DNA of 64,000 bases. Origin: Patescibacteria group bacterium. Lineage in GTDB: Bacteria > Patescibacteriota > Patescibacteriia > GWA2-46-9. Below are positions 30,551 through 39,390 of the stretch, one piece after another (position 1 is the first letter of the stretch; every line of letters starts with the position of its first letter). Both the position numbers and the translations under genes were made by a program. The stretch lies in contig JBAZXG010000002.1 of the NCBI GenBank assembly GCA_041660005.1, positions 122,037 through 186,036 of the forward strand, in the 5' to 3' direction. Below the pieces are notes generated by a model, which was not told where the DNA came from, did no database searches, and saw only the letters and a program-made list of their open reading frames with translations.

Positions 30551-30893
30551 GTTGCCTACTTTCTTACTCGCCTAAGAAAGTAGGCGGAAAGAACGGCGCC
30601 CCTGTGTCGACACTATCGTCGGCGAACGTTCCTCAGTGCGGGTGGCGACAATGAACTCGTCTTCGTCTCAAACAGCATCGTCGCTTATTCACCCGCACTT
30701 CGTCCGTTCGCTCTCCTCGGTCGGCAATGGGGTTTGGCAGAGTGAAGTGAACAATTCCTTTAGGAAACGGCCGTGGTAACGGGAGCGGCGTCTACGGTGT
30801 TTATTTGCAGTTGATAATTTTTGACTTGCAGTTTTGACTTTTGCCTTTTGATTTATAATTTCTGCTAGCCCATACAGCTCGAGGACGTTATGT
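30551..30893 (+). repeat. Element family E, copy 2
   Basis: GCCTACTTTCTTA-ctcgcc-TAAGAAAGTAGGC-GGAAAGAA, ATGAACTC..CTCAAACAGCAT, TTTTGAC-type heptamers, CTCGAGGACGTTATG. Confidence 0.8.
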
Positions 30894-31228
30894 TTATGTA
30901 ATGAAACTCCTACAGGATCGGCGTCGGTAATGACCGAAGAGGAACATTCAGGGCGGGATTTCTTTCACCTCTTTCCTTGTCTAAACAAAGAAAGGAGTAC
31001 GGTTTCTTGCCGTATATAAAGAAATACTATAAGGTGTCCTGGCTTGATCGTCGGTGTGGGTTGCCAAACCGCCATAGAGGTACGCTTCACCGCTCTCTGT
31101 GGGCATCTTATCACCACGATCTCGCCTGCCGGGTACCGTTCTTTCACAAAGAGGACGGTGCCCGGCGCAACATTTTTAAAACACAAAACCCCTCGAGTAC
31201 TCGAGGGGTTTTGTTTACTGTAAAAAAT

Positions 31229-31798
31229 TTAAGCGCGTTCTACGTACTCGCCTCGTTCGGTATTCACGCGAATGATGTCGCCTTCTTTTACAAAGAGAGG
31301 AACATTCAGGGTAGCACCCGTTTCAAGCTTGGCAGGTTTCAAAACGGCACCTTGAGCCGTGTCGCCCCGCGCGCCCGGTTCAGTTTCAATTACCTTGAGT
31401 TCAACTTTTTTAGGAAGCTCAAGGTTCATCGGTTTATCATTGTAGTAGAGTACATCAACCGTTTCCCCATCTTTAAGATAGTCCGACTTTCCACCAATAA
31501 GAGATTTAGGCAGAGAGAATTGTTCAAAAGTTTCTCCGTCCATAAAATGGAACTGGTCAGTTTCACGATAGAGGTAGCTCACTTTCTTGCGAGCGAGGTC
31601 GGCTGTTTCAACGCGATCCCCGGGTTTAAAACTAATTTCTAAGACCTTACCCGTGATGAGGTGTCGCATTTTTGTCTGCATCACTGGTTTACGCTGCTGC
31701 ATGCGGACAAAGTGCGCTTCCAGTACAATATACGGCTCACCTTCGTAATTGATGACGAGTCCGACTTTGATGTCGTTTAAGGTAGAAGTAGTTCCCAC
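31229..31798 (-). CDS. efp: Elongation factor P
   Basis: HFVRMQQRKPV loop, EPGARGDTA, KPAKLETG, VPLFV, GEYVERA; GTG start. Confidence 0.95.
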   Translation of the reverse strand: MGTTSTLNDIKVGLVINYEGEPYIVLEAHFVRMQQRKPVMQTKMRHLITGKVLEISFKPGDRVETADLARKKVSYLYRETDQFHFMDGETFEQFSLPKSLIGGKSDYLKDGETVDVLYYNDKPMNLELPKKVELKVIETEPGARGDTAQGAVLKPAKLETGATLNVPLFVKEGDIIRVNTERGEYVERA

Positions 31799-31804
31799 AG
31801 CCGT

Positions 31805-32053
31805 TTATTGATTAACGTACGGAAGAAGCGCCATAACCCGTGCGCGCTTAATCGCCATCGATAGTTTGCGCTGATGTTTGGCACAGACGCCGCTCTTTCT
31901 GCGGGGAACAATTTTTGCGTACGAAGAAGTAAACCGTTGTAGTGTGCTCGTTTCTTTGTAGTCGATGTCGGTAATGCCGTTCATGCAGAACTGGCAATGC
32001 CGATCTTGCGCCATTGATGTGCTGTTTTGAGTACGTGTGTTTCTTTGTTGCAT
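31805..32053 (-). CDS. rpsR: 30S ribosomal protein S18
   Basis: [38 protein letters not shown]. Confidence 0.95.
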   Translation of the reverse strand: MQQRNTRTQNSTSMAQDRHCQFCMNGITDIDYKETSTLQRFTSSYAKIVPRRKSGVCAKHQRKLSMAIKRARVMALLPYVNQ

Positions 32054-32062
32054 AGTCGTTAA

Positions 32063-32512
32063 CTAAAAAGGAATATTTTCAAGTTGAATTTCGTCTTCTT
32101 CGTTTGGTGCTGATTGTACGCCCTCGTCACTGCTCGGTTGTGGTGTGCTCGGTCGGAAGGGGCCGCCGGCTGCGTCGCCAGATCGGTCTAGCATGATGAA
32201 ATTTTCAGCGACGATTTCTGTGCGACTTCGTTTGGCACCATCCTGGCCTTCCCATTCGCGGGTTTGCAATCTCCCTTCAATGTATACTTTTCTTCCTTTA
32301 CCAAGGAAACGTTCGGCAATCTCGGCTAATTTCCCCCAGGCGACGATATTGTGAAATTCAGTTCGTTCCTGCTTCTCGCCCGTAGGCGTTTTCCACGAAC
32401 GGTTTGTAGCGACACCGAACGTAGTGACATTCTGCCCAGAGGGGGTTGCTCGTGTTTCAGGATCGCGTGTCAAGTTCCCAATGATCAGAACTTTATTGAG
32501 ACTCATTGCCAT
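32063..32512 (-). CDS. ssb: Single-stranded DNA-binding protein
   Basis: LNKVLIIGNLTRDPE, EGRLQTREW, acidic tail ENIPF. Confidence 0.97.
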   Translation of the reverse strand: MAMSLNKVLIIGNLTRDPETRATPSGQNVTTFGVATNRSWKTPTGEKQERTEFHNIVAWGKLAEIAERFLGKGRKVYIEGRLQTREWEGQDGAKRSRTEIVAENFIMLDRSGDAAGGPFRPSTPQPSSDEGVQSAPNEEDEIQLENIPF

Positions 32513-32548
32513 ACTTTTTTGTTACTAGGTAAACAAAAATGCTTATGA

Positions 32549-33004
32549 TTAAAGTTCGGCACTCTCTTCCAGAATTTTGGAGAGTTTCTGGTCAAGCTCT
32601 TCAGCGCTGATGGCTGGGCTCACCTTCTTGCTCGGCGTTGGCGTGTCAATGTGCTGCTGACGACGTGCCGCTAGGCGGTCGCGTAAGGCCTGCTCTCGGT
32701 CTAGTGTTGCCTGACTCTTAATCGGTTTTTCAATGATGAGGTGGCGCAGAATTTCTTGGGACAGTCGGAACGTATCGTTCAGTTTTGCCATTACCGCAGG
32801 GTCTGCACTAAATTCAATCAGTCGGTAGTAGCCGTAGCGCTGGTTTTGAATGGGGTAGGCCAGGCGTTTCTTTTCCATGTTGACTTCGTGCGTAATTTGG
32901 CAGTTCTGCTGTTGCAGCTGCTCAGTTACTTTTGCCACAATAGGGGCGGTTTCTTCCTCGGTCATGGTTGCCGGTAGAATGTAGACGAGTTCGTAGCGTT
33001 TCAT
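32549..33004 (-). CDS. rpsF: 30S ribosomal protein S6
   Basis: MKRYELVYIL, KRLAYPI, GYY, ILRHLI; ATG 33004. Confidence 0.93.
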   Translation of the reverse strand: MKRYELVYILPATMTEEETAPIVAKVTEQLQQQNCQITHEVNMEKKRLAYPIQNQRYGYYRLIEFSADPAVMAKLNDTFRLSQEILRHLIIEKPIKSQATLDREQALRDRLAARRQQHIDTPTPSKKVSPAISAEELDQKLSKILEESAEL

Positions 33005-33200
33005 GGGCTCTATAAGAAAAAAATAAAACGGCCTCGTGTCGACGCCGCTCAACCTTACTAGAGTAAGGGTGCTTCGTCGGACCCCGATGTATATCGGGGT
33101 GTCCCGATCAGTTGCCGGGACACAAAGACGTGTAAAATAATGTAGCCACACCCTACCATGGCCACTGGCGTTTTGCAAGCCCTATGTCATACTGGCCTTT

Positions 33201-34421
33201 ATGAAAACCTATCTCTTTATTTTTGGTCGGCATCCGGCACTTTCTTTGGCAGAACTCTACGCTTTTGCTGAAACAGAACAATTAACCCTAACCGTTACCG
33301 GGTTGTCGTCAGAAGTGGCAGTAGTTACCGGTATTCCTGAAGCACAAGCCGAAACACTGCTCATGCGTTTGGCGGGAACGATTAAAATTGCGGTTGTACT
33401 CGGTTCTCTCGTGCCGCCGGAGAAAAACGATGTTGTAGCCTGGACGAACCTATTGCAGCCGTTTGTAAAAAATCATCCGTTGCGTTCCTTTGGTATGAGC
33501 TATTATGGTGCAGCACAGTTGTTGCCCGGGGTAACACCACAAGAACATATCGCCTTAACTCTTAAAAAAGAATTTCGTGAGGCGTCCGGAAAAGTACGCT
33601 GGGTGAGCGGGCGAGGCAAACCATTGAGTTCGGTGCAGGTCGACAAAAATCACATGGTTGGCGAAACGGGGAGTGAATTTATTATTGCTGTAAGCAGTGC
33701 CGAAGAGGCGTATATTGCAAAAACACTTTCCGTACAGCCTTTTGAAGACTGGAGCAACCGTGATTTTGGTCGACCATCGCGTGATGCGCGCTCGGGCATG
33801 CTGCCGCCGAAGCTCGCGCGGCTCATGGTGAATTTATTAGGGCTTCCGCATGAGGGGACGCTTCTTGATCCTTTTTGCGGATCAGGCACCGTACTCATGG
33901 AGGCGCTGCTTTCTGGCTGGACTTCTGTCATCGGCTCTGACAAAAGTGCAAAAGCAGTTATGGATTCTCAAAAAAATATGGAGTGGTTAAACAATAGTCA
34001 ACGTATTGCGACTAGCGGGTGTTCTTTTTTTACTCGTTCAGTAGAGGAACTGACTGCCCTCATTCCAGAGCGTTCAGTTGCAGCTATAGTTACTGAACCA
34101 GATCTCGGACCAGCGCTTCGTGAACCGCCAACGACAGAGGAGGCGATGCGTATAGCGAAAACATTAGTGCCCCTCTACAAGCAAGCGCTTGAAACTTTTG
34201 CGCACATTCTTTCTCCGGGCGGTCGGGTTGTTATAGTGTTCCCTTGCTGGATCACTCAAGACCATGAAGAGGTGGTCTTGCCTTTAAGAGAAACCGATCT
34301 TCCCACAGGTCTTCGTGAACGGTTGCTCCTTGATTGGTCAACTACAAAGAATACTTTTATCTATCGCCGACCAGACCAATTTGTGGCGCGAAAAATTGTT
34401 TCCTTTGAAGCTGTTTTGTAG
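33201..34421 (+). CDS. Trm11-like SAM-dependent methyltransferase
   Basis: GMLPPKLARLMVNL, DPFCGSGTVLMEA, VTEPDLGP. Confidence 0.85.
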   Translation: MKTYLFIFGRHPALSLAELYAFAETEQLTLTVTGLSSEVAVVTGIPEAQAETLLMRLAGTIKIAVVLGSLVPPEKNDVVAWTNLLQPFVKNHPLRSFGMSYYGAAQLLPGVTPQEHIALTLKKEFREASGKVRWVSGRGKPLSSVQVDKNHMVGETGSEFIIAVSSAEEAYIAKTLSVQPFEDWSNRDFGRPSRDARSGMLPPKLARLMVNLLGLPHEGTLLDPFCGSGTVLMEALLSGWTSVIGSDKSAKAVMDSQKNMEWLNNSQRIATSGCSFFTRSVEELTALIPERSVAAIVTEPDLGPALREPPTTEEAMRIAKTLVPLYKQALETFAHILSPGGRVVIVFPCWITQDHEEVVLPLRETDLPTGLRERLLLDWSTTKNTFIYRRPDQFVARKIVSFEAVL

Positions 34422-34508
34422 GGTAATTGCTTACCCCAAAATGGTGTGCGGTGGTATAATAAACAGCACAGATTTCAACGATATATCTTACAGAAAGGGG
34501 GTGACGGT

Positions 34509-34754
34509 ATGAAAAATCTTCATTTTGTGACTTTTCTTCTCCTCGTTATTGGTGGGTTGAATTGGCTACTTTTCGGACTGTTTGGTTGGGAAATAGGAGC
34601 ACTATTGGGTGGTATGGGGGCAGTACTGTCTCGTATCATTTACGTACTTGTCGGTTTGTCGGCAATCTACGAAGTTGCGACACACAAAGCGTCTTGTAAG
34701 CAGTGCGAAACGAAAGCATCTTCATCGCAGGCGCCCATGAGTCACAGCATGTAG
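34509..34754 (+). CDS. DUF378 family small membrane protein
   Basis: LLVIGGLNWLLFG..SRIIYVLVGLSAIY; RBS GGGGGTGA. Confidence 0.85.
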   Translation: MKNLHFVTFLLLVIGGLNWLLFGLFGWEIGALLGGMGAVLSRIIYVLVGLSAIYEVATHKASCKQCETKASSSQAPMSHSM

Positions 34755-34773
34755 TTATTGTTGTGTGGGTATT

Positions 34774-34806
34774 GAACTGCCTCGACGTTATGTCGGGGCA
34801 GTTTTA
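34774..34806 (+). terminator. Intrinsic terminator
   Basis: AACTGCCTCGAC-gttat-GTCGGGGCAGTT-TT. Confidence 0.7.
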
Positions 34807-34889
34807 TTTTTGCCGAGGATAGTGAGTGGAGTACAAACAGTAATTTGTATTTCCGAACGACGCAGGCATCAAAGGGTTTAGTATCCATG

Positions 34890-34957
34890 TATTATGTTTT
34901 TTACACCATTTTGTGCGTACGCACAAAATGGTGTAATTTGACACTTACGTAGCTCTG
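34890..34957 (+). repeat. 68-bp element with perfect 36-bp palindrome, copy 1
   Basis: TTACACCATTTTGTGCGT|ACGCACAAAATGGTGTAA at 34901-34936. Confidence 0.9.
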
Positions 34958-35098
34958 CCGCGTCGCCTTTCTCAATACGCCGGTGGGCGTATTGAGGGAG
35001 CCAGGGCTTTGCCTTGAGGTAGTTGATATGCAATTGGGGCGTCGTTCGTGTTCTACGAACGACGCCCCACATCGGTTCTTCTCGGCTTTGGCTGGCCC

Positions 35099-35975
35099 CT
35101 AATCCAGCATGCCGAGTTTTCGGAGTTCACGCCCGAGCAGTTCCATCGCCCCTGTGCTCATGGGCGTGAGTGGCAGGCGAACGTAGTCGTTGCAGAGTCC
35201 CATCATGGCGAGCGCGGCCTTGATGGGGATCGGGTTGGTTTCAAGAAAGAGGGCCCTCATCAGCGGGAGCAGATGGTAGTGAGTGGCTCTCGCTCTCGGT
35301 AAGTTCCCCCGCTGCAGGTGTTCCACCATGCCGACGAACGCCTCCGGGAGGAGATTCGAGAGAACTGAGATCACTCCATGCCCCCCGACCGACATGATGG
35401 GTAAGGTCAACCAGGAAGTCCGGGCCGCAAGCCTTGATGACATCCATGGTCTTGTTGAGAGACCCAGTGGCCTCCTTGAGTCCCACCACCTCCGGGATCC
35501 GTGTGAGTTCCACCATCGTTGCTGTTTCAATCCCGACACCAGTCCGGCCGGGAATGTCGTAGGCGATGAGTGGAAAGCCGGGTACGGCTGCGGCTATTGC
35601 GCGAAAGTGCTCGATGATGCCTTGTTGTGTGGGCTTGTTGTAATAGGGGCTGATGATCAGCGCCCCGTCAGCGCCTGCGTCCTTCGCCGCCCGAGTGAGC
35701 GCAGTCGCCTCAGCGGTCGAGTTCGACCCTGTGCCGGCGATGACTCGTGCGCGCCCATTCGCTGCCTCGACGACGATTCGAATGATGCGCTCTTGCTCTT
35801 CGCGTGTGAGCGTTGCTGCTTCACCAGTCGAGCCGCACGGCACGAGTCCTGGTACACCAGCGGCGATCTGCAGCTCCACAAGTCGTCGGAGTGCTTCCTC
35901 GTCGACTGACCCGTCTTTCTTGAATGGAGTTACGAGCGCGGTCGCAACTCTAGTGATTAGATCTGTTCTTGCCAT
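35099..35975 (-). pseudogene. dapA: 4-hydroxy-tetrahydrodipicolinate synthase, frameshifted near 35411
   Basis: TALVTPF, GSTGEAATL, PYYNKP, YDIPGRTG, KEATG in one frame; LTLPIMSVGGHGVISV, ETNPIPIK in another; SGDD motif missing at the junction. Confidence 0.9.
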
Positions 35976-36087
35976 GGCGTATGTCCTCCAACCTCAGTGA
36001 ACTTTTTTAAGGAGCGCTGCCGCTTCCTGTGACACAATCGTAGGGAAATCTTAAAAAACAAGGAATTTTTCATATACCTAATACATT

Positions 36088-36117
36088 TTTGATACAATTT
36101 GTAATATTTGATACAAT
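36088..36117. promoter_or_regulatory. Putative operator: TTTGATACAAT x2
   Basis: Direct repeats at 36088-36098 and 36107-36117, each with a TTG-ATA-CAA dyad. Confidence 0.4.
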
Positions 36118-36123
36118 ATAGAT

Positions 36124-36792
36124 ATGTTAAAAGTATCTACGTCTGTTGAAAAATTAGTTCTCTCCTCAGAGGTAACGCTTTCTGCTCTCACGAGCGGTCA
36201 ACTTAATTTAACGGCTTATGCGCGTTCTATTTTGCCAGCAATTAAAGAGGAAACAAAAAAAGCAGTAAAACTAGGGAGCATTGTTACCGCTCTCTCACGG
36301 CTCTCACGAACCGTTACTCACGTCGCTCCCTTAGTGCCGCGAGTTGTACTCCTTGATGTCGCTGTTCGCCTTGGACTCTGTGAACTTGTTTATAACCGAA
36401 CCGAGGAAAACTTAATTCGACTGCGCAATATATATCATAATCAAAAACTCAGAACTGATGACGTACTCGCTATGTCAGTCGGAACCGATGAAGTAACCGT
36501 TTTTGCAACCAACGCTGCTATCTTGCATATACGTCGTTACTTTGGCAGCGAAAAACCGAAAGTGCATCTCGACGGACTCGGTAGTTTGACTGTTCGTTTT
36601 AGCAATGACTACATCAAAACGCCTAATGTCATTTTTGCTTTGGTGCGCAGTTTGGCGGTTCGGCGCATTAACATCGTCGAAATAATTTCCGCCTATACCG
36701 AACTGACGTTCATTCTTCAGGAAGCTGACCTAACGCGTGCGCTTGAAGTAGTAACGAATGATTTTCGCGATACTTCGAGCGCTCGATCTTAG
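36124..36792 (+). CDS. ACT-domain putative regulator
   Basis: LNLTAYARSILP..SIVTALSR N-domain; C-terminal ACT-like TPNVIFALVRSL...INIVEIISAYTELTF. Confidence 0.75.
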   Translation: MLKVSTSVEKLVLSSEVTLSALTSGQLNLTAYARSILPAIKEETKKAVKLGSIVTALSRLSRTVTHVAPLVPRVVLLDVAVRLGLCELVYNRTEENLIRLRNIYHNQKLRTDDVLAMSVGTDEVTVFATNAAILHIRRYFGSEKPKVHLDGLGSLTVRFSNDYIKTPNVIFALVRSLAVRRINIVEIISAYTELTFILQEADLTRALEVVTNDFRDTSSARS

Positions 36793-37850
36793 TGTGTTGG
36801 TGCAAAGCGGAAGTGGGCAACGTCGCCATCCTGCATAGTGTACGTTTTGCCTTCAAGACGAATGAGTCCTTTTTCTTTAGCTTTTGCTTCTCCGTTAGCT
36901 TCCACAAGGTCAGACCAAGAAATAATTTCGGCGGCGATAAACCCTTTTTCAAAGTCCGTGTGAATAACACCAGCGGCCTCAGGCGCGCTGGCTCCGCGGT
37001 GAACGGTCCAAGCGCGGCTCTCCATTGGCCCAGCAGTGAAAAAGGTAATGAGATCCAGTAGTTCATAGCTTGCCTGGATGAGGCGATCTAACCCAGATCG
37101 CTCCCAACCAAGCTCTTGGAGATAGTGCTTGGCATCTTCCGGTTCTAGCTCGACAAGTTCAGATTCAATTTTTGCAGAGATAGCAATTGCGTTGCTGTCA
37201 GACACTTTTTTCACATCTTCCTCGGCAACATTTTCAACAACCAGAAGCGGCTTGGCGGTCAGGAGATTTAGTTGTTTCAGTATTTTTTTCTCTTCCTCAT
37301 TTACCTCAACTTCCCGCGTTGGTTTCTGTGCGTCAAGCGCACTGGCTAATCGACGGAGAAGATCCAATTCTTTGGCAGCTGTTTTGTCGCCGCTTGTGGC
37401 TTTGCCCTCGGTAGCTTTTATGCGCCTACTCACGGTGTCCATATCGGCAAACGCCAGCTCAATACCGATAACAGCGCGGTCGCGTGCGGGGTCAGGGGAG
37501 CCCATAACGTGCATAATATCGTCGTCTTTGAAGTTACGCACCACTTCAATAATCGCATCAACTTCCCGAATGTGAGACAAAAATTTATTCCCGAGACCCT
37601 CGCCTTGGTGCGCCCCAGCAACGAGCCCGGCGATATCAACAAACTCAATCACTGTGTGGACAATTTTTTTAGACTCGGCAACACGAGCAAGTTCTGCCAG
37701 CCGATGGTCGGGCACGGTAACCACGCCCACGTTTGGTTCAATCGTAGCGAATGGATAATTTTCAATCGTTACCTGTATTTTAGTAAGCGCCTTGAAAAGC
37801 GTTGATTTGCCAACATTGGGGAGTCCGACGATGCCAACCTTGAGCGACAT
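36789..37850 (-). CDS. ychF: Redox-regulated ATPase YchF
   Basis: GIVGLPNVGKST, NYPFATIEPN, DIAGLV, GEGLGNKFL, HTDFEKGFI. Confidence 0.97.
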   Translation of the reverse strand: MSLKVGIVGLPNVGKSTLFKALTKIQVTIENYPFATIEPNVGVVTVPDHRLAELARVAESKKIVHTVIEFVDIAGLVAGAHQGEGLGNKFLSHIREVDAIIEVVRNFKDDDIMHVMGSPDPARDRAVIGIELAFADMDTVSRRIKATEGKATSGDKTAAKELDLLRRLASALDAQKPTREVEVNEEEKKILKQLNLLTAKPLLVVENVAEEDVKKVSDSNAIAISAKIESELVELEPEDAKHYLQELGWERSGLDRLIQASYELLDLITFFTAGPMESRAWTVHRGASAPEAAGVIHTDFEKGFIAAEIISWSDLVEANGEAKAKEKGLIRLEGKTYTMQDGDVAHFRFAPTH

Positions 37851-37916
37851 ACGTAAAATTCATGCGAATGAATAATGTGCCCAATAGCATACAAGGTGTT
37901 GGCAGCTTTTGCTAGG

Positions 37917-38105
37917 GCGGCATCTTGTTATTCATGAGTGCTACTGGATCGCCGCACTTGCGGCAGCGTCTTATTCTTAATGAGCGCTGTTGATCGCCGC
38001 ACTTACGACAGCGTTTCGTTCTCGGTAAGTGTTGTTGACCCTGCACTTGTTCGGCAGCGTCTCGTTATCAATCGGTACTATAGGATCGCTGCACTTACGG
38101 CAGTA
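37917..38105. repeat. Degenerate tandem array, 45-47 bp period, about 4 units
   Basis: Core GATCGCYGCACTTRCGGCAGCGTYTYRTT starting at 37947, 37992, 38037, 38084. Confidence 0.85.
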
Positions 38106-38157
38106 AAAGGGGTGTGAAGAGTGGCAGAGCTCGCGATTTTGCGCTATGGTCAGATAC

Positions 38158-38676
38158 ATGACCCAAAACGATTCTCGACCACACATTGTTCTCGATATTG
38201 AAACAACCGGTTTTTATTATGCCGGCGGGGACGAGATTATTGAGCTTGCTGCCGAGCGCGTTGTCAACAGAGTAGTGGTTGATCGATTTCACGCGTTTAT
38301 TCGGCCCTCAATAGCGGTGCCACCAGCTGCGACCGCGGTGCATGGTTTGACTGATACGTTTCTTGCTGAACATGGCAGCGATGCTGCTTCAGTGTTTCAG
38401 GATTTTGCAAAGTTTGTCGAGCAAGGCATTTTGGTTGGGCATAACATTCGCAATTTTGATTTTCCATTTCTGGAGCACCACTTTTCTCGACATGGTTTGG
38501 TCATGGAAGCATTGGACTTGGTTGACACGCTGGAGCTTGCTCGTCGGCAACTCCGTTTATTAAATTACAAACTTGGAACCGTTGCGACACACTTTGGCAT
38601 TGATAATCGTGGTGCGCATCGAGCTGACCGGGATGTTGAAATTACCCGAGAAGTTTTTTTGCGATTGACAGCGTAA
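38158..38676 (+). CDS. DEDDh 3'-5' exonuclease (DnaQ/PolC-like)
   Basis: VLDIETTG, VHGLT, GHNIRNFDFPFL, DTLELAR, AHRADRD. Confidence 0.9.
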   Translation: MTQNDSRPHIVLDIETTGFYYAGGDEIIELAAERVVNRVVVDRFHAFIRPSIAVPPAATAVHGLTDTFLAEHGSDAASVFQDFAKFVEQGILVGHNIRNFDFPFLEHHFSRHGLVMEALDLVDTLELARRQLRLLNYKLGTVATHFGIDNRGAHRADRDVEITREVFLRLTA

Positions 38677-38748
38677 GGTTTCAACAATAAGATACTGACG
38701 TTTCCAAGTAGGTCTATGTGAAGAATCCCACTAGGAGGAGGACGCGCC

Positions 38749-39330
38749 ATGGGTTCACTATTGTTTGAGTTTCAGTTGGAGCCCGATTTTCTGACGCCCG
38801 AGCAGTACTTCGGCAAGCTTCGGAGCAAGAGCGGTCTAGAATCAGAGCACCGCTTATATCTAGCGGTTCTACAGGATGCACTGGAGTGTTTCCAGAAATA
38901 CCTAAACGAAAGCAAGGGAAAGCATCGCCGGCTTTTCCTGGACGCCGAAGCATGGTTTGCGAGCGAGGACGCGGAGGGACTCTTCGCTTTCGAGGTCGTT
39001 TGCGAAGCCTTGCGGATCGATGCCGAGTACATTCGTCGGGGGCTCGCTGCGTGGCGGAAATCTGCGCAGCCGCGAAACGTGCCTACTCCAAAAGAGCCGC
39101 CACCGGCTCTCGGTCCCGAGATCAGGTGCCAGCGTTGCCACTGGCGCGAACGTATGAAGCAGCGTCAGAAGCACAGCCCAGGGTACGCTACGCCGCCGAT
39201 CATCTGTACGGCCTGCAATACGTACTTTGTGCAGCTGCTCGACAGGGGCAAGGTCGTGAGCGAGGAGGGGTTTGTTCAAGAGTTCCCTTACCAGGGCCAA
39301 AGGGACACGAAGCCACGCCGCGCAACATAA
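38749..39330 (+). CDS. Hypothetical GC-rich protein with C-terminal CxxC..CxxC
   Basis: RBS AGGAGGAGG; PEQYF..EHRLYLAVLQDALECFQKY..FEVVCEALRIDAEYIRRGL; CQRC and CTAC. Confidence 0.75.
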   Translation: MGSLLFEFQLEPDFLTPEQYFGKLRSKSGLESEHRLYLAVLQDALECFQKYLNESKGKHRRLFLDAEAWFASEDAEGLFAFEVVCEALRIDAEYIRRGLAAWRKSAQPRNVPTPKEPPPALGPEIRCQRCHWRERMKQRQKHSPGYATPPIICTACNTYFVQLLDRGKVVSEEGFVQEFPYQGQRDTKPRRAT

Positions 39331-39390
39331 AGTTGCGCGGCGGCTCCCTTTTCAAGAGAATATCGGACCTGTGCTACACTGTACCCCACC

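Noticed and set aside
30977-31642. 221-aa plus-strand ORF
   Set aside because: Mostly antisense shadow of efp; no motif or RBS.
33025-33130. S6:S18 autoregulatory leader upstream of rpsF
   Set aside because: Hairpins are present, but I cannot match the consensus by eye, and part looks like a generic CCCCGAT..ATCGGGG palindrome.
34872-34902. Chromosomal dif site
   Set aside because: Only TATTATGTT resembles the XerD arm. The XerC arm does not match and the sequence occurs twice.
37917-38105. Canonical CRISPR array
   Set aside because: Repeats are degenerate, linkers are short and related to each other, and there are no cas genes in the window. Kept only as an unexplained tandem array.
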